The notes under the pieces were generated by a model that worked only from the letters and a program-made list of their open reading frames with translations, had not been told where the DNA came from and ran no database searches. From Microcystis aeruginosa NIES-843 (GTDB lineage: Bacteria; Cyanobacteriota; Cyanobacteriia; Cyanobacteriales; Microcystaceae): 32,000 bases of DNA. Location of the stretch: positions 5,130,001 to 5,162,000 of the forward strand of contig NC_010296.1 of assembly GCF_000010625.1 (NCBI RefSeq), in the 5' to 3' direction. Positions 14,928-24,711 of the stretch are shown one piece after another (within the stretch, counting starts at the first letter, position 1; every line of letters starts with the position of its first letter). The translations under genes were made by a program, and so were the position numbers.

Positions 14928-16448
14928 CTAATTATCCTTACTTTGATATTCTTGCCAAGTTTTCGGACTGATAAAGAGAGTTCCTTTTTCTTGCTGATCG
15001 GGAAACTGGATATAATTTTTCTCTAAATAATCCTTGAGTTTTGGTGATTGCAGAAATTGCTTTTCAAATCGATAGAGGAAAACTAAATCCGGCTGTCTTT
15101 TTTCGATAACTTCTAGGATAAAATTCCCATCAAGATTCTGATTGATAAATCTCTTTCTGGTTATGACAGCAGTTTCTGGGGGTGTGTTCAAAAAATATTG
15201 ATATATGTAGTGAGGATTGTCGGTTAACAGGAGTTTATCGGAGTTTTTAAATTTTTCAAACACAGCTTCTGCTAAAAGAGGTTTATACTTTTTGTTAAAT
15301 TGAACGTAGGCATTAATTGCAGGATCACGATTGGTAATTATTCTCAAGGTATTAAAGAGAAATTGACCAGAAAGGGAGAGAAAAATCAGCATTTTGAGAA
15401 CTAATTCCTGGGTTATTTTTCGATTTTGCCTAAATTCTCCGAGGCTATCAGTAATTTTTAACTGTTCGACAAATAAGGCAATTATCCAAACGGCAGGAAT
15501 AATTAAATGGATATAATAATAAGGCCAAATTGGGGCGACTGTGGCGAATCTAAATAGATTAGAACCCAACCATATCAAGGGCGGTAAAAGTGGTATTATA
15601 TTGCGAGTAAAAACCATCGCTATAATAGCGATCGCTGTCACGATTAGATAAATTGGTTCGTGCTGTAGGGCGCTTTGTAAGAGAGTCCATAAGGTGAGAT
15701 TTTCTTGAGTAAAACTAGAGGCAACGCTGACATGAGATTTAATAATATTTTCGTAGGAAAAAGGAAAAATAGTCAGGGAACCCAAGACAAAGACTAAAAC
15801 GACAGCGACTGACCAAATAACAATATCAATGATTCTTTTAATAAAGCTACTTTGTTGATTGAGAAAAATAATTAAAGCTACAGTTGGGATAATAGTAATG
15901 CCTGAAAGTTTAATTTGCAGGGAAAAAACGAAAGCAATGGCACTGAGTAAATACAGTCCATACTTAAGCTTACCCGTGAATTGAACGGCTTTAAAGATGA
16001 TAAAAATACTTAAGATTGTAAAAAAAAGTGAGGGTAACTCCCGCAACATTGTCGTTGATAGGGTAATATACACTAGACAGGTTGAGAGAATGAATACTGA
16101 TAAACAAGAGGCTAATATTCCGCAATTAACTCTCAGGATTAGATAAAAAATTCCTAACATAATTGTGGACAAAGAAAGCACCATAATGCGCGCCGCATGG
16201 ATAGTAAATCCTGTCACGCTTAACCAACCATTTAGTAAAAGAGATAAACCCGATAAATGATCGTGCCAAACTTGTTCGTAGAGATGATAACCTTGTTTAG
16301 TGACGTAGGCAAGTACCAGGGCCACCGCTTCATCAAAATTAACTATATAGGGATAATGAAGCGGGACTTTCCAGAAAACGATCCCTAGGAAAAAAACAGC
16401 AATGGCAATTAATGCCATTAAATCAAAACGATAAGATTTCTTATTCAT
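14928..16448 (-). CDS. Polytopic membrane protein, GT-C fold (ArnT/PMT-like) glycosyltransferase candidate
   Basis: 506 aa with more than 10 predicted TM helices. An early-loop FDEAVALVLAYV (DE motif) is typical of GT39/GT83-type enzymes. Confidence 0.55.
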   Translation of the reverse strand: MNKKSYRFDLMALIAIAVFFLGIVFWKVPLHYPYIVNFDEAVALVLAYVTKQGYHLYEQVWHDHLSGLSLLLNGWLSVTGFTIHAARIMVLSLSTIMLGIFYLILRVNCGILASCLSVFILSTCLVYITLSTTMLRELPSLFFTILSIFIIFKAVQFTGKLKYGLYLLSAIAFVFSLQIKLSGITIIPTVALIIFLNQQSSFIKRIIDIVIWSVAVVLVFVLGSLTIFPFSYENIIKSHVSVASSFTQENLTLWTLLQSALQHEPIYLIVTAIAIIAMVFTRNIIPLLPPLIWLGSNLFRFATVAPIWPYYYIHLIIPAVWIIALFVEQLKITDSLGEFRQNRKITQELVLKMLIFLSLSGQFLFNTLRIITNRDPAINAYVQFNKKYKPLLAEAVFEKFKNSDKLLLTDNPHYIYQYFLNTPPETAVITRKRFINQNLDGNFILEVIEKRQPDLVFLYRFEKQFLQSPKLKDYLEKNYIQFPDQQEKGTLFISPKTWQEYQSKDN

Positions 16449-16526
16449 AACTTTTTCTGGACAAGAATTGCTGCGTATCTTATCACAGATTGAGACATCA
16501 GTTATGGGTTAAAAAAGATACCAAGA

Positions 16527-17339
16527 TTACTTTTCGGAACTACGCCCTAAATCTTTAGATCTATGATAGGCCGCCACCACTGCCTCGATAATAGTCGATC
16601 GAAAAGAGCCTTTTTCTAATTGTCTCACCCCGGCAATCGTCGTTCCCCCGGGGCTAGTGACGCGATCCTTTAATTCCCCCGGATGTATGGCCGATTCTTT
16701 TAATAGGGTTGCCGTCCCCAAAACTGTTTCTAGGGCCAATTGAGATGCGATCGCTCGCGGTAATCCGGCCGCCACACCACCATCGCTTAAAGCTTCCACC
16801 ATCAAGGCCACAAATGCCGGGCCCGATCCCGATAATCCCGTTACCGCGTCCATCAAAGCTTCGGGAACTTCCACCACCGCACCGACCGCAGCAAAAATAT
16901 CTCTGGCTACGGCCAGATGTTCCGGTTCCGCATGACGACCGGGTGCGATCGCTGTAACCCCTTGTCCCACCGTGGCGGGGGTATTGGGCATCGTCCGGAT
17001 CACAGGGCGATCGGGAAAGCCCATTTCTAAGCGATTGAGGGTAACTCCTGCTAAAATCGAGATAATCAAGGGTTTTTCGGGTATTCCCAGCAAACTATTC
17101 ACTACTTGCTCTAAAATTTGCGGTTTTATCGCTAAGATTAACACCTCAGTTGCTCTAGCGGCTTCCCGGTTATCCTCACTGACTTGTACTCCGTAGGTAT
17201 TAACCCAAAAGTTGCGCCGTTGGGATTGGGGTTCACTGACTAACACCGTTTCGGGACTATAAATATTTTTTTTTAATAAACGGCTGAGAATGGCCTCGGC
17301 CATCACTCCACCGCCAATAATTCCTAAACGAATAGACAC
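16527..17339 (-). CDS. proC: Pyrroline-5-carboxylate reductase
   Basis: IRLGIIGGGVMAEAIL Rossmann motif, ...MPNTPATVGQG...SPGGTTIAG. A probable GTG start at 17339 gives 271 aa; the track ORF adds a 21-aa hydrophobic leader. Confidence 0.9.
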   Translation of the reverse strand: MSIRLGIIGGGVMAEAILSRLLKKNIYSPETVLVSEPQSQRRNFWVNTYGVQVSEDNREAARATEVLILAIKPQILEQVVNSLLGIPEKPLIISILAGVTLNRLEMGFPDRPVIRTMPNTPATVGQGVTAIAPGRHAEPEHLAVARDIFAAVGAVVEVPEALMDAVTGLSGSGPAFVALMVEALSDGGVAAGLPRAIASQLALETVLGTATLLKESAIHPGELKDRVTSPGGTTIAGVRQLEKGSFRSTIIEAVVAAYHRSKDLGRSSEK

Positions 17340-17463
17340 AGTATTATTGAAAGTAAAAAGTAAAAAAGAGAGATTTAGGTATCCTACCAAGAAAAAACGC
17401 ATCCTCTCGAGAATCGATCGATTTCTAGCTTCGACAAACTTAACGAGAGGACTATGGGAGGAT

Positions 17464-18036
17464 TCATTGAGCTAATCGACTGCTTTCGGCTCCCCAAGCA
17501 GGTGCGGGGGAAACGGGACGAGCCATTTTCGGGTTGTCGGTGATATCGTGAATAGTTCCGGAAAGGGTGCTAACTTTAACGCAGCTGGGGGTAAATAGGA
17601 AAATACTCTCACCGATGCGTTCTTGATGACCATCAATCGCGTAAGTGCCACCGGCGACAAAATCCACGGCTCTTTGTGCTTCTTCGGGATCCATGACGTT
17701 GAGATTTAAAACCACCGATTTGCGTTCTCTCAGGGTTTGGATAACTTGGGGCATTTCCTCGAAGGAATGGGGCTCGATCACGACTACTTCTGCATTATTG
17801 TTGTTAATACCTGGCATACCGATCACGTTGCTTCTGTTGAGTCCCATAGATGTGGCTGTACTGAGATTTAAAGGTTCGCGTTGACGACGATTGAGGGGAT
17901 CTTCTTCTTCGTTTTGATCCCTATCTTGGGGGGAAGACTTTTCCCAGTTCATTTCTTCGTAGTCGGTTTCGTCTTCGTCTTCTGGTTGTTCGGAGATGCC
18001 GACAAAATCTTTGAGTTTGGTAAAAATGTTGTTCAC
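17464..18036 (-). CDS. sepF: Cell division protein SepF
   Basis: 190 aa: [13 protein letters not shown], an acidic linker, then [30 protein letters not shown]...[17 protein letters not shown]. Confidence 0.9.
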   Translation of the reverse strand: MNNIFTKLKDFVGISEQPEDEDETDYEEMNWEKSSPQDRDQNEEEDPLNRRQREPLNLSTATSMGLNRSNVIGMPGINNNNAEVVVIEPHSFEEMPQVIQTLRERKSVVLNLNVMDPEEAQRAVDFVAGGTYAIDGHQERIGESIFLFTPSCVKVSTLSGTIHDITDNPKMARPVSPAPAWGAESSRLAQ

Positions 18037-18201
18037 AGTCTAAGTGTCCTTCAAAAGATTTTTTAGGTGGTCTTGGCTAGAGTCGGGGTTATTTTAGTGG
18101 CCTTTAACAACTTTTGCTCTCACTTGGTACAGGAGAACTATTTTGTTCAGGGTTCGTCATTCTAGTCGTCTGGAGGCAGCGGTTAGTTCCCTCTTTTCAG
18201 T

Positions 18202-18296
18202 TATAGTCATTTCAATTAAGATTGAGAATATCAATGCCAGAGTTCATAAGGGTTTAACTGGTCTAGAGTGTATCAGACTTATCTGAAATGACTATA
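18202..18296. mobile_element. Short MITE-like inverted-repeat element in the pipY-sepF spacer
   Basis: tatagtcatttca (18202-18214) and tgaaatgactata (18284-18296) are perfect 13-bp inverted repeats. cagttat occurs on both flanks. Confidence 0.45.
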
Positions 18297-18449
18297 TCAG
18301 TTATCAGGGGATAGTTTTCAGGGATTGGGAAAAAGTCAATTCCTCATTTCTAACCACCGGTTTCTAGACCAGACGCTGTAATCTTAAGATATATTGTCAC
18401 CGATTATTAAAATTCCTAGGAGTTTTTTCTGTAAATTTACGGAGATGGT

Positions 18450-19109
18450 TCAGTAAATACGATCGCCAAAGATGCTGGTTCCCACCCGGATCAAAGTGGC
18501 TCCGGCCTTGATAGCCAGAGGATAATCGTTAGACATCCCCATGGATAGATGAGGCAGGCATAAACTAGAGCTATTCTCGATTATTTGGGCTAAATCGCTG
18601 GTTTTTTCAAAGGCGGCTAACTTTTCCCCGGCGGATAATCCTTGGGGCAGAATTGTCATCAAACCTTGAATTTTTAGCTGTTGACAGTTGACTAAAGCGG
18701 GAATATCTGCTATCAGTTCGTCCGTGTCCCAACCGAACTTGTCGGGATCGGGGATAACTTTCACCTGTAGCAAAACTTGGGGATTAATCTCTAATTCCGC
18801 CGCTAGGCGATCGAGTCTTTGGGCTAATTTTAAACTATCGAGGGAATGGATTAAATCAAAAGATTCTAGGACTTTGCGGGCTTTATTTGCCTGTAGATGC
18901 CCGATAAAGTGCCAATAAATATCTGGGAGGTCTTTTAGTTCTTGCTGCTTCGAGATTGCTTCCTGTAGCTTACTTTCAGCAAAATCTCTCACTCCTGCCC
19001 GGTAAGCTTGACGGATATAATCGCTCGATACCTGTTTACTGACGGCAATCAGGCGCGTGGAGGGGGGTAGGGTAAGACGGATTGACTCGATACGACTAGC
19101 GATCGTCAT
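18450..19109 (-). CDS. pipY: YggS-family pyridoxal-phosphate homeostasis protein (PipY)
   Basis: 219 aa: ...RLIAVSKQVS...IGHLQANKARK...LSMGMSNDY. Its start lies 3 nt downstream of the pipX stop. Confidence 0.9.
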   Translation of the reverse strand: MTIASRIESIRLTLPPSTRLIAVSKQVSSDYIRQAYRAGVRDFAESKLQEAISKQQELKDLPDIYWHFIGHLQANKARKVLESFDLIHSLDSLKLAQRLDRLAAELEINPQVLLQVKVIPDPDKFGWDTDELIADIPALVNCQQLKIQGLMTILPQGLSAGEKLAAFEKTSDLAQIIENSSSLCLPHLSMGMSNDYPLAIKAGATLIRVGTSIFGDRIY

Positions 19110-19112
19110 GAA

Positions 19113-19385
19113 CTAGACTGAAAAGGTTTGTTGATAAGTTTGGTTGAGACTGTTAAATTCTTGCATATTACTGCGCCGTCGCAAATTCCGCAGCCGGTTT
19201 TCCACCAAAAGACGAGCATCGGAACGACTAATCGGATCGAACGAGACTTTTTTGGGTCCCACCGTCACCAGAAAAAAAAGACGTTGGGCATAAAGAGTGG
19301 TGAATAATTCCTGATGTTCTTCTAATAGACACACTCTGTATAATAGACCGAAAGTGGGATGATTGAGATAGGTTTCGTTACTCAT
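19113..19385 (-). CDS. pipX: PII/NtcA-interacting protein PipX
   Basis: 90 aa: MSNETYLNHPTFGLLYRVC...LFTTLYAQRLFFLV, matching the conserved PipX N-terminus. Confidence 0.9.
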   Translation of the reverse strand: MSNETYLNHPTFGLLYRVCLLEEHQELFTTLYAQRLFFLVTVGPKKVSFDPISRSDARLLVENRLRNLRRRSNMQEFNSLNQTYQQTFSV

Positions 19386-19892
19386 TCAAGCGATCGCTAA
19401 AGGAAAAGGATTGAGCGAACTAGAAAGTTTTTCAACAACAAAATCAAGCGGATGGCTCACAAACAACTGATTTTTCGGGGGTTTCCCTAGCCTGATTTTA
19501 CCAGAATCCTTCAATGACAACTAACGATGCCAGTCTATGTCATGATTTCCTGAGTTTTCACTTTTTCCCTGTTAACTTGGATACATCTCGGTGACAAGTT
19601 GTCACCATCAGAAATTAGCTCTGCTGCAAAAATCAAAGATTTTCCCTTAGCTGGGGAGACGAGGAGACAGGAAGATAAAAAAGACAATAGACAACTATGA
19701 TACCCATAAAAGCTAAGATTATGTCAAATTTATCTGGGTTTTTAGATATTTTGACCCGATAGCGGCGATCGGTGAACTGAAAACTCACATCTGATCACCG
19801 ATAACTGATAACTGATCACTGAATCACTGATGAAATGCCCTAAGCTTGTATTAAGCCTTTTTTAACTTCAAATTCCTTTAACCTCAATCAAT

Positions 19893-21434
19893 ATGGATTT
19901 TTCTAGTCTTGTTGCCAGTCAGCTAAACGCCGGCGTTATCTGGCCCGAAGGAATCCTGATTATTACCCTGATGGTGATTTTAATCGGCGATTTAATCGTG
20001 GGACGGAGTGCCAGAAGTTGGCTGCCCTACGTTGCGATCGCTGGTCTGCTCGCTGCTGTGGTTGCTCTTTACTTTACCTGGGACAATCCGAAACCAGTGG
20101 CCTTTTTAGGGGCTTTTGAGGGCGATAATCTCAGTATCGTCTTTAGGGCGATTATTGCTCTTTCTACCGCCTCCACAGTGCTGATGTCTATCCGTTATGT
20201 GGAACAAGCGGGAACCTCCCTAGCGGAATTCTTGGCCATTATGCTCACCGCAACCCTCGGGGGAATGTTCCTATCTGGCGCTAGTGAATTGGTGATGATC
20301 TTCATCTCCCTAGAAATGCTCAGTATTTCCTCCTATCTAATGACCGGTTACATGAAGCGGGATCCTCGATCGAACGAGGCCGCTTTAAAATACCTGTTAA
20401 TTGGAGCTTCTAGTTCGGCGATTTTCCTCTATGGTGTTTCCCTTCTCTACGGTTTATCCGGAGGTGAAACCAGTTTAAGTGCCATTGCCCAAAAATTAAC
20501 CGATGTTAACGGTGGTCAGTCCCTGGCCTTAGCGATCGCATTAGTTTTTGTGATTGCCGGTATCGCCTTCAAAATTTCGGCGGTTCCCTTTCACCAGTGG
20601 ACTCCTGATGTGTACGAAGGTTCACCCACTCCCGTGGTGGCTTTCCTCTCGGTAGGTTCCAAAGCGGCTGGTTTTGCCCTAGCAATTCGCCTATTAGTGA
20701 CGGTTTTCGGTCTAGTCAGCGAACAATGGCGGTTTATCTTTATCGCTCTAGCAATTTTGAGTATGATCCTCGGCAACGTGGTCGCCTTGGCCCAAACTAG
20801 CATGAAACGGATGTTAGCCTATTCCTCGATCGGTCAGGCGGGTTTTGTCATGATTGGTTTAACCGCCGGTACTGACGCGGGTTACTCTAGCATGATTTTC
20901 TATCTGTTAATTTACCTGTTCATGAACCTAGGGGCTTTTGCCTGTGTGATTCTCTTTGCTCTGAGAACTGGAACCGATCAGATCGCTGAGTATTCGGGAC
21001 TCTACCAGAAAGATCCGCTCCTAACCCTCTGTTTAAGCATCTGTCTCCTCTCTTTGGGGGGAATTCCGCCTCTAGCGGGCTTCTTTGGTAAGATTTATCT
21101 ATTCTGGGCCGGTTGGCAAGCGGGACTTTATGCCCTCGTCCTCGTTGGTTTAGTCACCAGTGTGGCCTCGATTTACTACTATATCCGTGTGGTCAAAATG
21201 ATGGTGGTCAAGGAACCCCAAGAGATGTCCGATGCGGTGAAAAATTACCCCGTTATCAATTGGACTCTTACCGGGATGCGTCCCCTACAGGTGGGTATTG
21301 TCCTCTCCCTAGTGGCGACTTCCCTGGCCGGTATCCTCTCCAATCCTCTCTTTACCCTAGCGACGGATTCCGTCACCACTACCCCCATCCTACAATCGGC
21401 GGCTCTGGCGACCCACATTTCCCGAGCAAATTGA
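19893..21434 (+). CDS. ndhB: NAD(P)H-quinone oxidoreductase subunit 2 (NDH-1 subunit B)
   Basis: 513 aa polytopic protein: ...[29 protein letters not shown]... Confidence 0.95.
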   Translation: MDFSSLVASQLNAGVIWPEGILIITLMVILIGDLIVGRSARSWLPYVAIAGLLAAVVALYFTWDNPKPVAFLGAFEGDNLSIVFRAIIALSTASTVLMSIRYVEQAGTSLAEFLAIMLTATLGGMFLSGASELVMIFISLEMLSISSYLMTGYMKRDPRSNEAALKYLLIGASSSAIFLYGVSLLYGLSGGETSLSAIAQKLTDVNGGQSLALAIALVFVIAGIAFKISAVPFHQWTPDVYEGSPTPVVAFLSVGSKAAGFALAIRLLVTVFGLVSEQWRFIFIALAILSMILGNVVALAQTSMKRMLAYSSIGQAGFVMIGLTAGTDAGYSSMIFYLLIYLFMNLGAFACVILFALRTGTDQIAEYSGLYQKDPLLTLCLSICLLSLGGIPPLAGFFGKIYLFWAGWQAGLYALVLVGLVTSVASIYYYIRVVKMMVVKEPQEMSDAVKNYPVINWTLTGMRPLQVGIVLSLVATSLAGILSNPLFTLATDSVTTTPILQSAALATHISRAN

Positions 21435-21700
21435 GAATCCCTGTTGATTTATCGGCGTTGTCAGATCAGAATAACAACGCCGATTGTAGGGCTAATTCAT
21501 GAATTAGCCCTACAGCTAATCCGTTTTTAATAGTGTGATTAACTCTCAATCGGCGGCCCTGGCGACCCACATTTCCCGAGCAAATTGAGAATCCCTGTTG
21601 ATTTATCGGCGTTGTCAGATCAGAATAACAACGCCGATTGTAGGGCTAATTCATGAATTAGCCCTACAGCTAATCCGTTTTTAATAATGTGATTAACTCT
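21393..21700 (+). repeat. Tandem duplication, 2 x 154 bp, spanning the ndhB stop
   Basis: 21393-21546 and 21547-21700 differ at 2 positions. Each unit holds the last 42 nt of ndhB, the hairpin ggcgttgt-N12-acaacgcc and a 28-bp perfect palindrome (21486-21513 and 21640-21667). caat sits at all three junctions. Confidence 0.9.
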
Positions 21701-21944
21701 CAATTTGTTCTAAAATAGACGCTAAAATATCTGTAGTTAATCCTTTAGCTTCTGCTTCATCACTAGCTTGATCCATAATTGGTGATAATCTTGCCGCTGC
21801 TTTTTGACGATATTTTTCTAATTCTAATTGAATAGTTTCAGTTAATTTGTTTTCTATGTTTGCTCGGTCATTGGGTTTAATTTTAGCGTAATATCTAGCA
21901 ATTTCTAAAGGAACTTGAATAGTGATTTCTGTCTTGCTATTCAT
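21693..21944 (-). CDS. Small hypothetical protein (antitoxin-like)
   Basis: 83 aa: MNSKTEITIQVPLEIARYYAKIK...EAEAKGLTTDILASILEQIES. No recognisable partner gene, and the family was not identified. Confidence 0.4.
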   Translation of the reverse strand: MNSKTEITIQVPLEIARYYAKIKPNDRANIENKLTETIQLELEKYRQKAAARLSPIMDQASDEAEAKGLTTDILASILEQIES

Positions 21945-22083
21945 GGTAATTGATTGTTCTTTTTACTTTTAACAGACCTCTATTGTAGCACAAAATCACC
22001 ATACTCATTGAATTTGACTCTATTGATGTAAAAGTTGCCATTGGATCAAAAAAATCAATGAATAGGGCTTGCTGAAAAAGTAC

Positions 22084-22148
22084 GGGCGAAGCATTCGGAT
22101 AGAAAATCTACGGTTTCACCGATAGGTTATTGCTCGAATGCTTCGCCC
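22084..22148. repeat. Long-stem hairpin repeat (14-bp perfect stem, 37-nt loop)
   Basis: gggcgaagcattcg (22084-22097) pairs with cgaatgcttcgccc (22135-22148). Confidence 0.7.
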
Positions 22149-22250
22149 CTACAGGACGCGGGCCGATGAAGACGCAAGGTTTTGAAGCACGATTGTATCA
22201 AAAGTTACAATTTAATAATTCTTTACATTCTTCTCCCCGACTAGCGACTG

Positions 22251-22336
22251 ATACTAAATCCGTTGAGTATAGGCTACATATCAGGACAGGCAAAAGGGGG
22301 AATAGATAATCAGTTTTTAATAACCGGATTTAGTAT
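22251..22336. repeat. MITE-like element with 12-bp terminal inverted repeats
   Basis: atactaaatccg (22251-22262) and cggatttagtat (22325-22336). A solo ggatttagtat end also occurs at 12059-12069. Confidence 0.5.
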
Positions 22337-22370
22337 TAAGACTTTTTCTAAGCTTAACCTGCTTTTTGCC

Positions 22371-24404
22371 TTACTCAAATTGGCCAAGTAGAAGACTCAT
22401 TTGGTTAACAACATTCTCACTTGCCTTTAACGCTTCTTTTCTAATTGCTTGAATTTCAGCCATACTTTTTGCGATTCTCTGCTGTTCAGATTGGGGTGGA
22501 ATAGGCACTAAAACTTTTGACAAATCATCTACTAAAATAGTAGGAATAGCATGACCTGTCATGTACCTTTTAATCTGACGCAAAAAAAAGTCTGTTCGCA
22601 TATATACTAATAAAAACAAAGGCTCGACTCCCTGAATATTTCTTAATACTGAAAATCCATTTGAGCAAATTGCCCCGTCTTCATCTTCTGTGATTAGGGC
22701 TGTTGCTTGGCGTGGTGTTCCTGTACTTGCTCCTGAAATTGCTGTAATAATATCGCCTTTGTACAATCTATAAGTTGCGCGAGATGGGGCTTCATGTGCC
22801 TTAATTATTTGTTGGGAAACAACTTGCATTGTACGATAATCAACATCGGAAATAGCGATATATCTAATTTCACTATCCCTAGCTAAACGAAAATCAGCCG
22901 CCTCTCTCAAAATATCGGCAATTTCACCTAAAGGTTTCGCTCCAATAGATTTCAGATGTTCTAATAATTTTTGGTCATTGGGTAAATAATGTTCGGCATC
23001 CAGTCTCGAATTGAGCAGGGTATTCTTAACTGTATAAATACAATCGCTGTTTTGTGCAAATTCCCCATTGATAAATGACCTAAAAGATTGAGAAATATCA
23101 TCTATATCATCGTCAACTATTGGCAAACCTGATTTTGTTCGGGCTATAACTCCCGACTCGTTGCGCTTATATATTGTTTGTCCTTTAACGTCATAGCCTA
23201 TTTTTTTGATTTGTGCCATAAAACAAGAATCATGGTTTGCTGGTAATTTTTGAACCACCAAAAGTGATGTCTTGATTCCTGTGCCGTATGGTACAAAGGC
23301 TTCCGGCGGTATGGAAACAACACCTAATATTTTTGTTTGGGAGCGCAACCAATGCCGAATCGGTCCATTAGAGATATTTTGTAATAAACCATCGGGCAGA
23401 ATAATCGCCATGCGTCCACCTGCGCGCAATAATTTTATAGATTTCTCAATAAATAAAATATCGGGCGACTGACCCGCTAAAACGGTTGGGGAAACTTCCC
23501 AACCATTGGACGCTGATTTATGCCATTTCCGGGCAAGAAGATATGATTTAAGAATTTTCTGGTCTTCTACTTTTCCTTTATTTCCGAAAGGAGGATTGGT
23601 CAAGATAACATCAAAGGAATTATTTAATTTTTCATCTTCGATAAGCGCATTAGTGCAGATAATTTCTGAACCTGTGCCACCTTCAAAAACTAAACGAATC
23701 ATTCCCGAAAGGGCGACATCAGGATTAAATTCAATTCCTGTAATACTTTCTTGCACAAAACTTGCTATATCGAACTCTGGATTATTTTGTCGAACATGGT
23801 TTATTGCTTGAATTAAAAAACCACCACTTCCGCAAGCAGGATCTATAATTTTTTCGTTTGGTTTGGGGTCTATCATTTCAACCGCAAGGCGTACAATTGG
23901 GTGAGGGGTAAAAAATTCTCCCCTATCTCCACGCTGGTGTCTATTTACAAAAGTCTGAAAGGCTTCACCTTTTATATCGCCAGATGTTTTAGTTAAATTA
24001 ATGTACTGTAACCTGCCTACAATATAAGCAAGAGTCAAAGGTTTTAACTTGAATGTGTCATCGGTGAAAAATCCCCGATAATGATTCTTGATGGAGGTAA
24101 ATAATTGACTGAGACGCGACATAAATTCATCGGACTTATTTGCTACGATGGCTTTATATTCACTTGCCGTAACGCCAAAATTTACAGATTGCTTGGCAGA
24201 TTTTTCATCATGAAGTTTGATGATGATTAGTTTAACCATCTCGTGAAAAATCTTGTCTTTGAGCATTCCTTCGTTGGCGTAAATATAATTATGGCACTCT
24301 TCAAAAACTGCGGAAAGATTGTTAGAAGGTCGTAATTCCTGAATTTGCGGGAGTTTTTCAGGTAACAGGCTATCTTCGGAAAATAACAATCCTTGCTCTT
24401 TCAT
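22371..24404 (-). CDS. N6-adenine DNA methyltransferase (gamma class) fused to a single HsdS-like target recognition domain
   Basis: 677 aa. Motif I IIDPACGSGGFL, motif IV ILTNPPFG, and a C-terminal ~230 aa with an HsdS-type TRD plus conserved helix (PIPPQSEQQRIAKSMAEIQAIRKEA). No nuclease domain was recognised. Confidence 0.8.
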   Translation of the reverse strand: MKEQGLLFSEDSLLPEKLPQIQELRPSNNLSAVFEECHNYIYANEGMLKDKIFHEMVKLIIIKLHDEKSAKQSVNFGVTASEYKAIVANKSDEFMSRLSQLFTSIKNHYRGFFTDDTFKLKPLTLAYIVGRLQYINLTKTSGDIKGEAFQTFVNRHQRGDRGEFFTPHPIVRLAVEMIDPKPNEKIIDPACGSGGFLIQAINHVRQNNPEFDIASFVQESITGIEFNPDVALSGMIRLVFEGGTGSEIICTNALIEDEKLNNSFDVILTNPPFGNKGKVEDQKILKSYLLARKWHKSASNGWEVSPTVLAGQSPDILFIEKSIKLLRAGGRMAIILPDGLLQNISNGPIRHWLRSQTKILGVVSIPPEAFVPYGTGIKTSLLVVQKLPANHDSCFMAQIKKIGYDVKGQTIYKRNESGVIARTKSGLPIVDDDIDDISQSFRSFINGEFAQNSDCIYTVKNTLLNSRLDAEHYLPNDQKLLEHLKSIGAKPLGEIADILREAADFRLARDSEIRYIAISDVDYRTMQVVSQQIIKAHEAPSRATYRLYKGDIITAISGASTGTPRQATALITEDEDGAICSNGFSVLRNIQGVEPLFLLVYMRTDFFLRQIKRYMTGHAIPTILVDDLSKVLVPIPPQSEQQRIAKSMAEIQAIRKEALKASENVVNQMSLLLGQFE

Positions 24405-24551
24405 TTTTCCAGTTTGATTTGACCGTTTTCCGTTGCGGGTTGTTGAATAGATAGACTATTTTTAGCCTTGACTGCATTCCTACCAAACCAGTCTTTTAGT
24501 GAACAGAGAACATCGCCATCTTGATTAAACAAGAACTTGGCCTTGTACCTA

Positions 24552-24580
24552 ATTATAGAATATAAATTAGAGGATGTCAA
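24552..24580 (-). promoter_or_regulatory. Perfect consensus sigma70 promoter upstream of the methyltransferase
   Basis: The minus strand reads TTGACA (24580-24575), a 17-nt spacer, then TATAAT (24557-24552), about 150 nt upstream of ATG 24404. Confidence 0.55.
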
Positions 24581-24683
24581 GAGATAAAAAATTCAGTTTA
24601 ATGTTAACCAAAGTGAGTAAAAAAAGCTTAGAAATTGTTTAGGGCAGAAATTCGGAGCATCTTTCAATTTGACAACGCCTATT

Positions 24684-24711
24684 GTAGGGCTAATTCATGA
24701 ATTAGCCCTAC
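24684..24711. repeat. 28-bp perfect palindrome, third copy
   Basis: gtagggctaattcatgaattagccctac is identical to 21486-21513 and 21640-21667. Here it is flanked by the direct repeat ttgacaacgcc (24669-24679 and 24716-24726). Confidence 0.85.

Noticed and set aside
24401-24592. A 63-codon open frame ending in an ATGA overlap with the methyltransferase start, considered as a possible upstream control or restriction gene.
   Set aside because: It has no ATG or GTG start, and the perfect promoter (24552-24580) lies inside it, so it cannot be expressed as an intact gene. I kept it only as a possible relic in the methyltransferase finding.
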